Below are positions 62,223 to 64,000 of a stretch of DNA of 64,000 nt, one piece after another (the first letter of the stretch is position 1; each line of letters starts with the position of its first letter). The translations under genes and the position numbers were made by a program. This stretch comes from Puccinia triticina. Lineage: Eukaryota. The notes under the pieces are model-generated. The model searched no databases. It had not been told where the DNA came from and worked only from the letters and a program-made list of their open reading frames with translations. The stretch is taken from contig CP110440.1 in NCBI GenBank assembly GCA_026914245.1, positions 1,550,001-1,614,000 of the forward strand, in the 5' to 3' direction.

Positions 62223-64000
62223 GCTGAAGGAATTGATAGGGTCAAGGAGGGTTTTGGATGGTTCTGTTCAAGATTTTAATTCAAATAAAGAAGAAGAATG
62301 GCCGTCAGATTAATCCGCAGAAAAACTAGAAATTAAAGATAAGAATGGGCCATACCTTCAATAAGTAGAGTGGTTGAGTCAAATGGATCTTGGTTCACGA
62401 CAGACAGAAGGCTGCCAAGAGAAGAATATGGTCCTGGAGAGGGATAGATAAAAAAAGAAACAATGTAGAAACGATGTTGTTAGAGTTGTCCTCGGTTGTT
62501 TGATTCTTGGGATGAGAAGTGGTGAAAACCAGCACTTCAGTCTTTTCTCAATAATCGGCAAGACTGGCGCGGTTGATCTTCAATTTTGAAGGCGAAGTGA
62601 CCTTGATTCTAAGTAGGTTCGGAAAACTGATCGATGCATCCATCTGATCCACCTTACAGTGTCTCGATCCGAACATCACTGAGGGAGGGTGCTTCCCACT
62701 TCGACCTGTGACAATGAACTTCCGGCGGAGTTTTCATATTTCCCCTGCTCGCCTGCCACCACCTCAAGCTGACGGGCCTGGAAGTTGTTTGAGGTTTTTC
62801 GGAGTGCCAAGTGCTGTCCTTGACACGCATATATACATACATACAAAACCAATGGGGCCACGTCACGACCCACAGATGATTGGCGGTCATCCTGGCGCGC
62901 TTCCAGGCGTTTATTTCCGGCTTCCAGACTACAGCGGCAGCGGGCAGTGGGGCGAGTCCCACCCAACTCTTCTCAATTCTCCCCGCTGTCTAGCCCTACC
63001 CTTAGCCCGACCCCCGCCCTTCCAAATCCCGACGGGCTGGGGTTGCTCAGTTTCAGGAGCCTCGCACTTGCACCAAGCTTACAGACGCCCCCCCTCTATA
63101 ATGACGAGGGCCCCTGGTAATTCTTCTGTTGTTTCCAGACCTTCTCGTCATTTGGCTGTGTATTCATCAGGAAAAACGGGGTTGGAAATTGTCATAATTT
63201 GGGGCTTGGGAAAGCGAATCCCAAGCATTAGGAAAAAGATAGCGGGGAGTCAAGTGTACCCTTTCTCGACGGTTGGGGGACCGTCCAGGGAGTTCGAAAC
63301 CCTTTTCCGGGTACGGGCTCCGCGTCGGAGCCGACTCATCCCGCCGCATGTTTTCCGAGTCAAAGCACCCGATCCCGTTTCTCCGTGCGGGCTTGGGAGT
63401 CGGTCTCTCGCCAGCTGGTTGTACAGATTGCACCCACTCGGCGATGAGGATACTTCCTCGGCGAGTGAGTATGGAGCAGGCCCTTGGGGATAGATCGACC
63501 TTTGAGCGATAAGTGGGCTACATAAGGCGCTAGATGCATTAGGGACAGATGGTAAGATTCTGATATGAATTTTGAAAAAATTAACGCTTTGAATGGGGAA
63601 GTAGCTTCAAGTGAGGATTGAGTGCGAGATATATCGCAACTTGACCATTTTCCGTAAATTGTTGGAGGCGAGGCGGCGTCCAGAAGTACCCTCCCACCCG
63701 CCGGCGCAGTGGTCACATTAGGGTCCGATCGTATCTTTTGACAGGGCTATAAAAACAGCCGGACAATCTCAAATTATGTATTGGAATGAGAGACAGTTGA
63801 AGGCCAAAGTTGCTTGCAATCTCGTCGCCAAGGGCTTTCGTCAACTGAAATTCGAAGTAGAGCACATTGTAAAGCCCTGGTGCCAGAGAAATGATTGCAG
63901 TAGATCAGTGGGCTTTATTCAGCTTTACTCGAGACAAGCCGCGCGGGAGAATATCCACCGTCGGCGGAATGCGACAAGTGTAATGGCGGGCGAGGATGGG

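Noticed and set aside
62708..63493. 261-aa ORF
   Set aside because: Non-ATG start, no recognisable domain, and its composition looks like promoter/UTR sequence.

Overview
Eukaryotic, intron-containing fungal DNA. The gene families, TE types and CpG decay point to a rust fungus (Pucciniales; inference). Bases ~1-44,800 are a nested transposon stack: an old chromoviral Ty3/Gypsy relic (A) carrying hAT-, MULE- and P-like non-autonomous elements; a Ty1/Copia (6780-15302, TSD CTGCA) that itself holds a foldback CACC element and a solo LTR; and a younger Gypsy (B). Gypsy B's pol is split by a 21.7-kb CACTA/EnSpm-type DNA transposon (20482-42160; perfect 41-bp TIRs; TSD GAT). This giant element is the main candidate for an undescribed system. 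It encodes a Tnp2-type transposase, a SNF2 ATPase with a HIRAN-like N-terminus, two paralogous accessory proteins and several unknown genes. It also carries four copies of a 38-40-bp palindrome in its intergenic DNA, and its core is CpG-rich while its ends are CpG-depleted. Other notable points are a Copia PBS matching the tRNA-Tyr anticodon arm and a 280-bp inversion in one LTR. Bases ~45,000-64,000 hold host genes: a small secreted Cys-rich protein, an Afi1/MesA homolog, a hypothetical gene, a DPM2 homolog fused to a duplicated mesA fragment, and a tandem pair of signal-peptide/RING/TM genes (one a pseudogene). All calls were made by eye; no database searches were run.
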